Below the pieces are notes generated by a model. It made no database searches. It was given only the letters and a program-made list of their open reading frames with translations, and had not been told where the DNA came from. From assembly GCA_964449585.1 (NCBI GenBank), contig CAYUZE010000002.1, forward strand, positions 52,833-116,832: DNA of 64,000 nucleotides. The letters run 5' to 3'. The translations under genes and the position numbers were made by a program. Source of the stretch: an uncultured Gammaproteobacteria bacterium. GTDB taxonomy: Bacteria; Patescibacteriota; Microgenomatia; UBA10105; UBA927. Shown piece by piece: positions 50,092 to 60,002 of the stretch (positions are counted from its first letter, which is position 1; each line of letters starts with the position of its first letter).

Positions 50092-52086
50092 TCATCGGTC
50101 ATGTAGGATATCGTTGTTTTTTCGATGCGCATCAAATCGAAGTTTCCATTTTTTGCTCCCGGTGCCCGCGTGAGTATATTCTTTCCAGGTTGAAGTGCCG
50201 TCATCGAAGAGCTGGATAACGATAATTTTCGCTTTTTTCTGCCACCACCATTTTTTAGACGGTATGACGGTAAGGGTATATGCCTGCAGGTGGGGATCGA
50301 GAATGGTGATTTGCCCTTCATCATCGGTCGTTTTATTTCCGTTATTGTCGGTAAGCGTAAGATGCGCGTTATCGGCAACGAGAAGAAGTGCCGAGGTGTT
50401 TTTTGCAGGTTTGATTTTGATCGGTGTTTGCCTGTTCAATCTCAGCATTGATTGTGTAAAAGCCTGGTTATCAAGAAAACCAAGTATGGCATCGATTCCG
50501 GTCGGATCAGTCACCAATCCGGCATGATCGAGCGGAAGTATTACATTTTCAGCATCCGATAACATGCTACTCTCGGTTAATACCGTGCCATCACCATCGG
50601 CATAGGCTTTATTATTTGTCGGCCTACCGTCTGTCCAATTCCCTAGCCGACGATCATTTTTGTTTGCCGGTTGTACTTCTAGCGTGCGAAGTGTCTGATA
50701 TCCGGAACCGGATAGAGCACCTACCCGTATGTCGTAGTAAGGCGGCACATATGTATCGGGAAGCAGATTATTTTTTGCCGTCATTTCCGCTACGGAAATG
50801 GTTTTCCCCGACGGTGTTTTCAGATAATCAAATATCGGTAAAATGTTTTGTGTTGCCGGAATTGACATATGTACTGTTTCCCGCGCGGACATGTCGTTTT
50901 TTATGGCACACCCTACGCGCATCATGGTAAATCCGAGCCGTATTGAGATATCGTCTATCCACATTTCGCCTGCAGACCACGCAGGATATGCAAGCACTGA
51001 TCCCTGATGCGGGGTGCCAACCGTGAGTAGCGATCGGATACGACTTTCGCTTTTTGCGGATGCCACATATGTTCGGCTCACTATTCCGCCAAAACTGTGT
51101 GCCACGACATCAGCCATCTGACCGGCTGGCACTCGGGAAGTGATAAATGCGTTGAGTTGTTGTGCGGAATCCGGTGCATTTCTTCGCCAATCGTAGTAAA
51201 ACGGCAACACTTCATATCCGTGTGCTCGTATATTATTGGTAAGTGAATCATATATATCAGCATTTTTTATTTTCCACGGCGACCAATCTCCCGAATATTC
51301 GGTCGTTTTGCAATTTAGGAGGGCGTCTTTGTTCCAACTTCCTCCCGCGCCATGTATGACGATAACTTTCCGGGGTGCTTCAGATGCCGGTGTGGGAGTC
51401 GCCGTCGGTAAAGGCGTTGGTGTAGGAGTGGGTGTAGAAGTGGGTAATGGTGTCGGGGTTAATGTCGGTTCTACCGTTGGGGTCGGTGTAGGTTCTTCGT
51501 ATGTGGAAAGAACAAAATTTGCCATTTCGTAGTCTCCGTTACCCAAAAAAGATATCCAAACTCTAGTTAATTCAAAGGAAGAAGAGGTGTTAACGGATCC
51601 TAACAAAATATCGTCCTCATAAATAATAATGTCTGTGTTAGATTGAGGTGATATTCTTACAACGAAATGATGCTTGCCTAAAGAATGATTCCAAGACACA
51701 AGCTTATCGTTATTATTTGAATCATGTAATTGAAGATAATTTTGCCATGTGTTTATAATTTTCCAGTTATTTTGGTTATCACCTATACCAAGTCCCCATG
51801 TTTGTTGGCTTGTTGATTTATTAACAGTAATATCAAATTCAATCTGATAAATATAGTTGCCTGCAATAGCATATTCCAAAACAGTCCACGAATTACTTAT
51901 ATCAGTACCTGTAATCCCGGATGAAGTTAAAACGGGAGGGAAAGTACCACTAGGTACGCTCCATTCATTGCTATATGAGTTTAAAAAGGAATCAGAGAAG
52001 ATATAAGACGCCTTAACCGACGTGGTTTGAGCTAAAAGAAAAATACAGAAAATCAAAACCGCTAGAGTGGACAGGAATAATTTCAT
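50092..52086 (-). CDS. Secreted lipase/acyltransferase (LCAT/PGAP1-like) with N-terminal beta domain and PT linker
   Basis: Signal peptide, (PT)n linker, IHG, YDWR, AHSFGG, GTPHQGS, GDGTV. Confidence 0.85.
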   Translation of the reverse strand: MKLFLSTLAVLIFCIFLLAQTTSVKASYIFSDSFLNSYSNEWSVPSGTFPPVLTSSGITGTDISNSWTVLEYAIAGNYIYQIEFDITVNKSTSQQTWGLGIGDNQNNWKIINTWQNYLQLHDSNNNDKLVSWNHSLGKHHFVVRISPQSNTDIIIYEDDILLGSVNTSSSFELTRVWISFLGNGDYEMANFVLSTYEEPTPTPTVEPTLTPTPLPTSTPTPTPTPLPTATPTPASEAPRKVIVIHGAGGSWNKDALLNCKTTEYSGDWSPWKIKNADIYDSLTNNIRAHGYEVLPFYYDWRRNAPDSAQQLNAFITSRVPAGQMADVVAHSFGGIVSRTYVASAKSESRIRSLLTVGTPHQGSVLAYPAWSAGEMWIDDISIRLGFTMMRVGCAIKNDMSARETVHMSIPATQNILPIFDYLKTPSGKTISVAEMTAKNNLLPDTYVPPYYDIRVGALSGSGYQTLRTLEVQPANKNDRRLGNWTDGRPTNNKAYADGDGTVLTESSMLSDAENVILPLDHAGLVTDPTGIDAILGFLDNQAFTQSMLRLNRQTPIKIKPAKNTSALLLVADNAHLTLTDNNGNKTTDDEGQITILDPHLQAYTLTVIPSKKWWWQKKAKIIVIQLFDDGTSTWKEYTHAGTGSKKWKLRFDAHRKNNDILHDR

Positions 52087-52183
52087 AAATCTCCTGCGGC
52101 TACAAATATAATTTTGAAAATAGCACTACATAAAAATATTGTCAGTAAGAAATACCACATAAAGAATGTGATAAACTACCCGC

Positions 52184-53029
52184 ATGTATCCGTGTCCATC
52201 ATGTGGCTCAGAAATTACTAGTGAATATGCAAATATAAGTGGTCATGTGATTTTTTCATGCAATAAATGCACCTTACTTTTTAACCCAGTAGATGAAGAA
52301 AAAAGAAAAAAATTTATAAAAAAACAATATGAAACAGGTTATGCAAAAGATTATGAGGAAAAATTGAGTAAGTTTAATGAGAGATATAAAAATTTCCTAC
52401 ATTTAATCAATAGATATAAAACAGATGGAAACTTGCTTGATATTGGTTGTGGCACGGGCTTTTTTCTAAAATATGTTAAAAAGAATAGCTTTTTTAATCC
52501 ATATGGTGTTGAACCAAACGATAAATTGCGGAAAGTAGCAAAACTTAATTCTAAACTGAATATCGCTACAGGTTCCCTAGATCAAATACCTTACAACGAT
52601 AATTTCTTTGATGTGATAACTTGTCTTGATGTACTAGAACACAGCATTAACATTAATAATAATATTACAGAGCTAAAGCGGGTTTTAAAACCAAATGGTC
52701 TTCTTTTGCTTCAAGTACCAAATTACAAAAGTTATATGGCATATATTACAGGAGAAAAATGGGATTGGTGGTCAATTCCCGACCATGTGCTTCATTTTTC
52801 TTTTGATTTTATATCGCAATACATGCAAAATAGAGGATTTATCATATTAAAGAAATTTACATACCAAGATCGAAATGACTTCATCTTAAATATTATGGGC
52901 ATATTCAAGAAAAATATGTTCACTAAGTGTTTATTTATTATCCTTATGCCTATATTACATATAATTGAGTTGCTAAGTGTTATAACGAATCGAGGCGGTT
53001 TATCTTTACTTCTTTTGAAGAAATTATAA
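52184..53029 (+). CDS. Class I SAM methyltransferase with N-terminal Zn-finger
   Basis: CPSC...CNKC, LLDIGCGTG, DVLEH, LKPNG. Confidence 0.88.
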   Translation: MYPCPSCGSEITSEYANISGHVIFSCNKCTLLFNPVDEEKRKKFIKKQYETGYAKDYEEKLSKFNERYKNFLHLINRYKTDGNLLDIGCGTGFFLKYVKKNSFFNPYGVEPNDKLRKVAKLNSKLNIATGSLDQIPYNDNFFDVITCLDVLEHSININNNITELKRVLKPNGLLLLQVPNYKSYMAYITGEKWDWWSIPDHVLHFSFDFISQYMQNRGFIILKKFTYQDRNDFILNIMGIFKKNMFTKCLFIILMPILHIIELLSVITNRGGLSLLLLKKL

Positions 53030-53031
53030 TT

Positions 53032-53724
53032 ATGATATCTATTTTGATCATTTGCCAAAAAATAGACGATTACTTAATTAGAACTATTAAAAGCGTATTA
53101 CCGTTAAACCCACAAATAATCGTAGATATTAGTCAAAATGGTTACGAGCCTCTAGGTGCTCGAAAGAATCATCTCTTAAGACTTGCCGCTTATGAATGGG
53201 TCTTATTGCTTGATACTGATGAGATCGTTACAGACGATCTTTTAATTGATATTCGAAGGATTATTAGCAACCCTAATATCTTGATTTCAGGCTATGCAAT
53301 TAGATATCAAAACCATGTCGGTGATAAGCCACTTTTATATGGGGGGGAAGTGTACAAAAAAGTACGTTTATTTAAAAAAATAAAAGCATCTGTATCGGAG
53401 TTGCCAATACATGAGGAAATATCCGTAAATGGAGATATTGGCGTATGTCGTGGCAAAATATTGCACTATTCATATAGGTCAATTACTTATGTTCTACTCA
53501 AATTCACTAAATATGCATGGCAGATGGCAGGGGAAAAGAAAAAAGCAGGAGAAAGAGTAACACTCAAAAAACTTTTTCTCTACGGTCCTCATATGGTTTG
53601 GGCGCGAGCCATTAAAGATGAGGGGTGGCGGGACGGATGGCGAGGAATACTCATAGCGCTTTGCTTCGGCTATATGGAAAGCCTTATGTATTGGTTACTG
53701 CTATGGCGAAATATTTTCGGCTAA
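53032..53724 (+). CDS. GT2 glycosyltransferase (WaaE/KdtX-like)
   Basis: WVLLLDTDE, IHE, ILHYSY, GWRDGWRG. Confidence 0.85.
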   Translation: MISILIICQKIDDYLIRTIKSVLPLNPQIIVDISQNGYEPLGARKNHLLRLAAYEWVLLLDTDEIVTDDLLIDIRRIISNPNILISGYAIRYQNHVGDKPLLYGGEVYKKVRLFKKIKASVSELPIHEEISVNGDIGVCRGKILHYSYRSITYVLLKFTKYAWQMAGEKKKAGERVTLKKLFLYGPHMVWARAIKDEGWRDGWRGILIALCFGYMESLMYWLLLWRNIFG

Positions 53725-55124
53725 ATCCGTATTTGGAGATCACCGCGTTCCTTACTGCGATTGCCTTCCATTTTTGGTTGCTGTTCCATACGACATTCGT
53801 GGATTGGCCTGAGATGCTGGTCTATCCGTGGTTTCTCAGCAAAGGACTGTTGTACTATCGGGATGTTGTACTCGCGTATGTCCCCGGGTCATATTATTTG
53901 CTTCATGGGTTATATTCACTTCTCGGTTATAGTCCGGGTTCCGAACGAGCTATCGCATACGGATTTATTTTGCTGACCGATTGGCTGGTTTATGTGGTGT
54001 CCAGGAAAGTCACAAAGTCGGGATTGATGGGCATTATTGCTCTTTTCTTTTTCGTTCTTTGGCAACCGATTTTTTCCGGTAATACCATTTGGTATGAGAC
54101 GATACTTGCCCCGCTCTACCTTCTTACCTACTTATTACTTCTCGGTTATATTGAGAGACCTCGGTTGTCCCGCGTGCTTTTGGTGGGAGCCATCCTGGGC
54201 ATCGCGACGCTGATCAAACAAACCGCTATTTGGCCGCTTGCTTTCATATGTCTGTTTATCTGGCTAACGGGAAAGGAAAAACGTTCATCCTTTCTTCATG
54301 CGGTCGCTGTCGGTACGGTTACCGTTGTCATGCAAGGCATATCGTGGGGATACTTTGCTCTTCGGGGTGCGGGTGTCGAATACGGCTTCTGGGTATTCGG
54401 ATTTTTGGGTTTTCTGTCGGGACAATCAAGCATGTATGCGCTTGCTCCGCCCCGTTCCGATCTGACCCTCATTGCCCCGGCGCTCATCCCTTTTGCCGCA
54501 CTTATCCTGTCACCCATGAAAAAAGAGCGATTGCTCCTTATCGTGTTCACGGTGGCGGTACTTTTGGCCGGTCTTCCTCGATGGGGACTGCATCGATTGC
54601 AACCGATGCTTGCGTTTATTGCTGTGGGGCTTTCGTTTCTCGGAGCCGTTGATTATCACAAGAAAAACACGCGAATTGTCTTACTTGTTTTTGCGATATG
54701 TCTGACAATTCTCGGGAGCTGGCGGAGCTTCAGAGTCTTTGTCACGCTTCGTGACCCGATGCAACCGACTTTTTTTACCGCCAAGTATGAATCGCTTGTT
54801 TCATATCTCGATGACCATGCTCCCGGGAGTCTGTATGTTTTGGGAAATTACGATTATGTGTACTTTGGGCGAAATGAAACACCGGTAGTGCTTCCCTGGG
54901 TTCCTCTTTTTCCGTGGAACGGAAAAGTTCCCGGCATGGAAGACCGGCTGATCCGCTCGCTTGAAGCCGCAAAGCCCGAGTACATCCTGTACGCTCCGTT
55001 TCATCCGCCGAATAAATATTACGATGGATACGCGCCGGAGGCACTTTTCTTGTATGTTTCGGCAAAGTATGAAAAAATAGGCGCGCCGCCGGCGGAAGGC
55101 GGGGAATTGCTCAGGAGAAAATGA
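53703..55124 (+). CDS. Polytopic GT-C-like (PMT/ArnT-type) glycosyltransferase
   Basis: Many TMs, G..YYRD....PG loop, KQ motif, C-terminal soluble domain. Confidence 0.65.
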   Translation: MAKYFRLNPYLEITAFLTAIAFHFWLLFHTTFVDWPEMLVYPWFLSKGLLYYRDVVLAYVPGSYYLLHGLYSLLGYSPGSERAIAYGFILLTDWLVYVVSRKVTKSGLMGIIALFFFVLWQPIFSGNTIWYETILAPLYLLTYLLLLGYIERPRLSRVLLVGAILGIATLIKQTAIWPLAFICLFIWLTGKEKRSSFLHAVAVGTVTVVMQGISWGYFALRGAGVEYGFWVFGFLGFLSGQSSMYALAPPRSDLTLIAPALIPFAALILSPMKKERLLLIVFTVAVLLAGLPRWGLHRLQPMLAFIAVGLSFLGAVDYHKKNTRIVLLVFAICLTILGSWRSFRVFVTLRDPMQPTFFTAKYESLVSYLDDHAPGSLYVLGNYDYVYFGRNETPVVLPWVPLFPWNGKVPGMEDRLIRSLEAAKPEYILYAPFHPPNKYYDGYAPEALFLYVSAKYEKIGAPPAEGGELLRRK

Positions 55125-55900
55125 ACAAGTCCATCGCATTTATTATCATCGCGTATCGCCCGAAGATGCGCGACTTTCGGAGGTTGCTTCGTATCTTGGA
55201 AGGGTATCCCGTCATTATCGTCGATAACGGAGGAACGTTGACCCTTGATGATGTGGGGCGCGCTACATTGTTGTCGCAGACAAAAAATGTTGGCTACGGT
55301 GCGGCGGCAAATATCGGGATACATAACGCCAGTGGCTTCGGCGCCAAATGGTTTGTGATTTTAAATCAGGATATGGTGCTTACCCGACCGGCCGTGTTAT
55401 CGCTTATTCGTCAGCTCCGGAAACTTCCTCCATGTGTAGCAGGCACCTTTGCCGCGGGGCTCGATGAAAGTCGCTGGACGACCATTCTTCCCTCGAAAAA
55501 GCTTGATTATCTCACGGGTTCATGCGTTGCGATCCATGAGCGCATCATCGGCAAAGTCGGCTACTTCTACGAACCGTACTTTCTCTATTACGAAGACGCG
55601 GACTACTGCATCCGTACCAAAAACGCAGGGTATCCGTTAACGCGTATAGATCTTGTCGACGTTGCCCATGAAGAATCCGCTTCATTGGGGAGAGGATCGG
55701 AGTTGCATCAGTACTATCTCGCGCGGAATCATATGCTGTTTGTTGCCCGCCTGGCGCCTACTCCCGTAAAGCTCTACGAATTTTTCCGTCTGGGGAAAAC
55801 GCTGTATGAACACGTCGCCCGCCGGGAAAAAGGGGCATTGCTCGGGCTTCGCGATTTCGTCTTCGGTCGCTTTGGTATGATAAAGGAAGGAAAATTATGA
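55121..55900 (+). CDS. GT2 glycosyltransferase
   Basis: IVDN, NVGYGAAAN, LNQD, FLYYEDAD. Confidence 0.88.
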   Translation: MNKSIAFIIIAYRPKMRDFRRLLRILEGYPVIIVDNGGTLTLDDVGRATLLSQTKNVGYGAAANIGIHNASGFGAKWFVILNQDMVLTRPAVLSLIRQLRKLPPCVAGTFAAGLDESRWTTILPSKKLDYLTGSCVAIHERIIGKVGYFYEPYFLYYEDADYCIRTKNAGYPLTRIDLVDVAHEESASLGRGSELHQYYLARNHMLFVARLAPTPVKLYEFFRLGKTLYEHVARREKGALLGLRDFVFGRFGMIKEGKL

Positions 55901-56973
55901 AGGTTGGCATAGACGGCGGTGCACTTTCTATCTCGGATGACCGGTTAAAAGTCGGTGTGTATCGGGTAGCCTATAACCTCGTGAAAGAATTGCCCCGATT
56001 TGCCGCGGCAAATGACTATAGGGTGTACAGCTTCAAAAGGGGAGAGGAGGGTAGTGCTTCGCTTATCCGAAAGAATGTTTCATTTGTCGGATTACCGCGC
56101 CACGGGTTTCAAAAAATCTGGCAACCGATAGAACTTATCAAACATCCCGTAGAGGTGTATTTAGGTATTTCACAAGCCCTTCCACTTACATTGTACGACG
56201 TTAGAAAAATCGGGTTTATTTATGACGTCGGATTCATGGATCAGCCAGAATTTTATCGCGAGTCGTATTTTGCCCTTTCCCGACAAACAGCCGATGTCGT
56301 TCGGCGTGCCGATCATATCATCACCATCTCACATGCATCCGCCGCAAGCATACGGAAACATTACAAGGTACGGCCGGAGAAGCTCACGGTTGCCTATTTG
56401 GGTGTGGAAAAACAATTCCATCCAACCGGTCCGGTATTTAAGGGAACGAATCCGTACTTTTTGTTTGTCGGTTCCTTGAAACCGGGGAAAAACGTTCCGA
56501 TGATGCTTCGGTCATTCGCGGATTTTTTGAAGTCGAGTAAAACGCCGTATGATTTTATCCTGGCGGGAAGCGATTACTGGTTAGATCCGGGGATCTCGGC
56601 AACCATTAACGCGCTCGGCATACGAGACAGGGTGCACACGATAGGGTTTGTCGATGATGAAACCCTTTCCCAGTATTATCGGGGTGCCACCGCGTTTGTC
56701 AGTGTATCGCTCATTGAAGGGTTCGGTCTTCCGGTCGTTGAAGCCATGGCGACGGGCACTCCTGTTATCGGATCAACCGCAGGTTCATATCCTGAGGTGG
56801 TGGAAAATGCGGGTCTACTGGTGGATCCGGAGGATGACGCCGCCCTCACCCGTGCGATGATACGAATAGCCACACAAAAAGATCTCCGTCATACCTTGGC
56901 GCATATGGGGAAAACACGCGCCAAGCAATTTACCTGGTCGGGTTTTGCACAAAGTGTTGCGAGTGTTTTCTAA
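55897..56973 (+). CDS. GT4 glycosyltransferase
   Basis: KNV, EGFGLPVVEAMATG. Confidence 0.9.
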   Translation: MKVGIDGGALSISDDRLKVGVYRVAYNLVKELPRFAAANDYRVYSFKRGEEGSASLIRKNVSFVGLPRHGFQKIWQPIELIKHPVEVYLGISQALPLTLYDVRKIGFIYDVGFMDQPEFYRESYFALSRQTADVVRRADHIITISHASAASIRKHYKVRPEKLTVAYLGVEKQFHPTGPVFKGTNPYFLFVGSLKPGKNVPMMLRSFADFLKSSKTPYDFILAGSDYWLDPGISATINALGIRDRVHTIGFVDDETLSQYYRGATAFVSVSLIEGFGLPVVEAMATGTPVIGSTAGSYPEVVENAGLLVDPEDDAALTRAMIRIATQKDLRHTLAHMGKTRAKQFTWSGFAQSVASVF

Positions 56974-56983
56974 CCCCATCCGT

Positions 56984-58135
56984 ATGCAAAAACCACGAGT
57001 TGCCCTTGTCCGCGGCGCATTTCTAAACCGGTATGATATGCAAAGTTTTGCGCCGCTCTCTCGTCGCTTTGATCTCACGGCGATCGGATCCCAAAAAAGC
57101 ATTCATCACTCTTTTCCCTTCCCGGTGACCGCGCTTTTTAGCCCTATGGATATACCGAATTTTCCGTACAAGATGCCGATCCTCAATCGAATATTCGTCG
57201 ATGCGCATTACCTATTCGGGCTGGAGAAGCGGCTTGCGGGTGTAGATATCGCGCATACCGCCGAAACCTACTACCACTACACCAAGCAATGCCTTGATGC
57301 CAAAAAGGCGGGTATGGTGAAGAAAGTCATCGCCACCGTATGGGAGACGCTTCCCCATGCCAATGAAGGCATATGGGGGCGGGCTTCTTTCAAACAACGG
57401 GCGATTCAGGAGCTTGATCACATCATCGCCGTAACCCGGAAGGCCAAAGAGGCACTCATTATGGAGGGAGCTGACGGCGCGCGCATTAGCGTTATCGGGG
57501 CACACGTCGATACGTCGCGATTTCATCCGCACGTAGGGTGGGAGCGAAAGGCAGGAGCCCCCGGGAAAAAGTCCTTTACCATTTTATATGCCGGCAGACT
57601 GGTTCCGGAAAAAGGGATAGACGAGCTTCTTGAGTCCGTACGTCGATTGGGGGCTATGCCGCAGTTACGTACGTACGAATTTCGATGGCGATTCGTTGGA
57701 GATGGCGCACTCAAACGGGACGTTTTGCGGCTTTCCGAGGAAAAAGGGAAAAATTGGCACTCTAGTTTAGAGAGTGCTACGTATGACCGGATGCCGACTA
57801 TCTATCGCTCAGCCGATATTTTTGTCGCCCCGAGCAAACCGATTGCCACATGGGAAGAGCAATATGGGATGACGCTTCTGGAAGCGCAGGCAACAGGGCT
57901 CCCTATTGTGACGACACGCACCGGAGGTATTCCGGAAAACGTCGGCGGCGCGGCATTGCTTGTTCCACCCGGCGACGCATCCGCACTTGCATCCGCCATA
58001 ACCAAATTAGTGACCACACCGCAACTGCGCGCTACGCTGGCAACGCATGCGCGCAAACGGGCACAAGTCGTACACGACATAACTGTCGGAGCCCGTCAAA
58101 TTGCAGACTTGTACAACGAAGTGCTTAGTGGCTGA
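56984..58135 (+). CDS. GT4 glycosyltransferase
   Basis: GRLVPEKG, EQYGMTLLEAQATG. Confidence 0.9.
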   Translation: MQKPRVALVRGAFLNRYDMQSFAPLSRRFDLTAIGSQKSIHHSFPFPVTALFSPMDIPNFPYKMPILNRIFVDAHYLFGLEKRLAGVDIAHTAETYYHYTKQCLDAKKAGMVKKVIATVWETLPHANEGIWGRASFKQRAIQELDHIIAVTRKAKEALIMEGADGARISVIGAHVDTSRFHPHVGWERKAGAPGKKSFTILYAGRLVPEKGIDELLESVRRLGAMPQLRTYEFRWRFVGDGALKRDVLRLSEEKGKNWHSSLESATYDRMPTIYRSADIFVAPSKPIATWEEQYGMTLLEAQATGLPIVTTRTGGIPENVGGAALLVPPGDASALASAITKLVTTPQLRATLATHARKRAQVVHDITVGARQIADLYNEVLSG

Positions 58136-59228
58136 CAAGGTAATACGCGATCCCCAGGGCATTGATGACACAAACGCTCACGGTGATGTGCGGCAGAACT
58201 CCTCGAAGAATCCGGTGGCGATAAAGGGTAGATATAACCTCTGAAATCCCGTATGCAATCAGCGGAAGTGTACTCACAAACATGCGTCCGCTGACGCTGG
58301 CACCTTGCCACCAGGTGCTCCAACTTGACACAAAGTATAACTGTAAGCCAAAAATGAGCAGATACATCCTATATTTCCGCCATTTGCTGAGTAATCCGTA
58401 CACGCCCACGGCAACAATCGGCGTCCAAAGGAAGAGACCGTTTTGGATGCCGAAAAGTACTCCCCACATGTGCGGTCTGAGGTACGTAAAACCTTCGCCG
58501 CCCGCAAGGTATGGATTGGCGAGGGTGCCGTAGAGTGCGTACCACGCGGCCAGCTGGGGTATAAACCCGATCCCGAAACCGGCAAGCAAATTCTGCCAAC
58601 GAATCTGCTTCGCATGCGGCAACAATAACAAAACGTACACCAGGTCCTGCAGTCGTACGGATGCCAGTAGGGCAAGACTCACGCCGATTGCACTCCAATT
58701 TTTTTGCGGCATACCCAAAAACGCCAAAAAGATCACCGCACAAAAAAAGGAAAGCGCATGTGAATTCACGGGATCGATTGCTCCGTAAAACAGTAAATTC
58801 GTCGCACCGGCAAGAAGCAAAATAGTACTGGCAATCACGGCTGACGGGAAACGAAGCAGGCGGGTTAATAAAATGAGTCCCGCAAGAGAAGCGGCAACGG
58901 AAGTTACCCCTGCCGCAACCTGATACGCTAACGTCCATCCGTCTCCCCGTAGTGCGGTGTGGATCGCTACGTAGGGCGGTGCCCAAAACAGTGCCGGTCC
59001 GATACTGTACTTATTGCCTGGTTTGGTTTCCGTAATCATCGGTTGAGAAACCGATGATTTTAGGTACTCGTTGGCAAAGTGGATATCACGGTCAACGACG
59101 ACCGATCGAAGCCAGGAATAATAAAAAATGCCGTCACCATAGACGGTTTTTTGGAGATACCACGCATGCACACTGAAAACGGCAATATAGACGGCAATGA
59201 TGACCAAAAACACCGATTTTCGCGTCAT
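58125..59228 (-). CDS. Polytopic GT-C-like membrane protein
   Basis: GDG..YY..LRS..D.D, KY..G, GLFLWTP, W..G...GR; many TMs. Confidence 0.65.
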   Translation of the reverse strand: MTRKSVFLVIIAVYIAVFSVHAWYLQKTVYGDGIFYYSWLRSVVVDRDIHFANEYLKSSVSQPMITETKPGNKYSIGPALFWAPPYVAIHTALRGDGWTLAYQVAAGVTSVAASLAGLILLTRLLRFPSAVIASTILLLAGATNLLFYGAIDPVNSHALSFFCAVIFLAFLGMPQKNWSAIGVSLALLASVRLQDLVYVLLLLPHAKQIRWQNLLAGFGIGFIPQLAAWYALYGTLANPYLAGGEGFTYLRPHMWGVLFGIQNGLFLWTPIVAVGVYGLLSKWRKYRMYLLIFGLQLYFVSSWSTWWQGASVSGRMFVSTLPLIAYGISEVISTLYRHRILRGVLPHITVSVCVINALGIAYYLVSH

Positions 59229-59255
59229 AGCCGTATGATACAATGAATACATACT

Positions 59256-60002
59256 ATGGGTATATCCGCAGTTATTCTCGTCCGCAATGCCGCCCGGACA
59301 CTCGAGATGACGCTTGATAGCGTGCGATTTTGCAACGAAGTGATTGTCATAGACGACAATTCCACCGATGACACGATTGCCGTCGCAAAGAGAAAAAAAG
59401 CGGTTGTGCACACTCGTGCCATCAATGGTGATTTTGCCGCTCAACGTAATTTCGGACTATCCAAAGCCCGGGGAGAATGGATACTCTTTGTCGATGCCGA
59501 TGAAGTGGTGAGTCCTGAACTTGCCCGCGAGATACAAGAAGCGGTTCTTCAGGTGGATGTCAGCGGCTTCTTCCTCAAACGGCAGGATGTGCTCTGGGGA
59601 ACGACATTACGATTCGGTGAGACGGCAGGGGTGCGACTCCTCCGCCTCGGCAGGAGCGGAAAGGGCAAATGGCACCGACCCGTACATGAGGTATGGAAGG
59701 TGGCGGGAGTTGTCGGGACACTCAATGCTCCGCTTACGCATATGCCGCATCAGACGGTGGCGGAATTTCTTCGGGACATCAACGACTATTCCACGATAAA
59801 CGCAAAACATTTTTATGAAACCGGCACCCGGGTTACGGTATGGCAGATAGTCGCGTATCCGCTGGCAAAATTTTTCCTAAACTATGTCGGCAAGCAAGGG
59901 TACCGTGACGGTGTTGTGGGAAGTATTGTTGCCCTCATGATGAGTTTTCACTCATTTCTTACCCGAGCAAAAATATGGCAACTCCAAAATCAGCGCGGGT
60001 AA
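59256..60002 (+). CDS. GT2 glycosyltransferase (WaaE/KdtX-like)
   Basis: DDNSTDDT, FAAQRN, FVDADE, VHE, GYRDG. Confidence 0.9.
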   Translation: MGISAVILVRNAARTLEMTLDSVRFCNEVIVIDDNSTDDTIAVAKRKKAVVHTRAINGDFAAQRNFGLSKARGEWILFVDADEVVSPELAREIQEAVLQVDVSGFFLKRQDVLWGTTLRFGETAGVRLLRLGRSGKGKWHRPVHEVWKVAGVVGTLNAPLTHMPHQTVAEFLRDINDYSTINAKHFYETGTRVTVWQIVAYPLAKFFLNYVGKQGYRDGVVGSIVALMMSFHSFLTRAKIWQLQNQRG

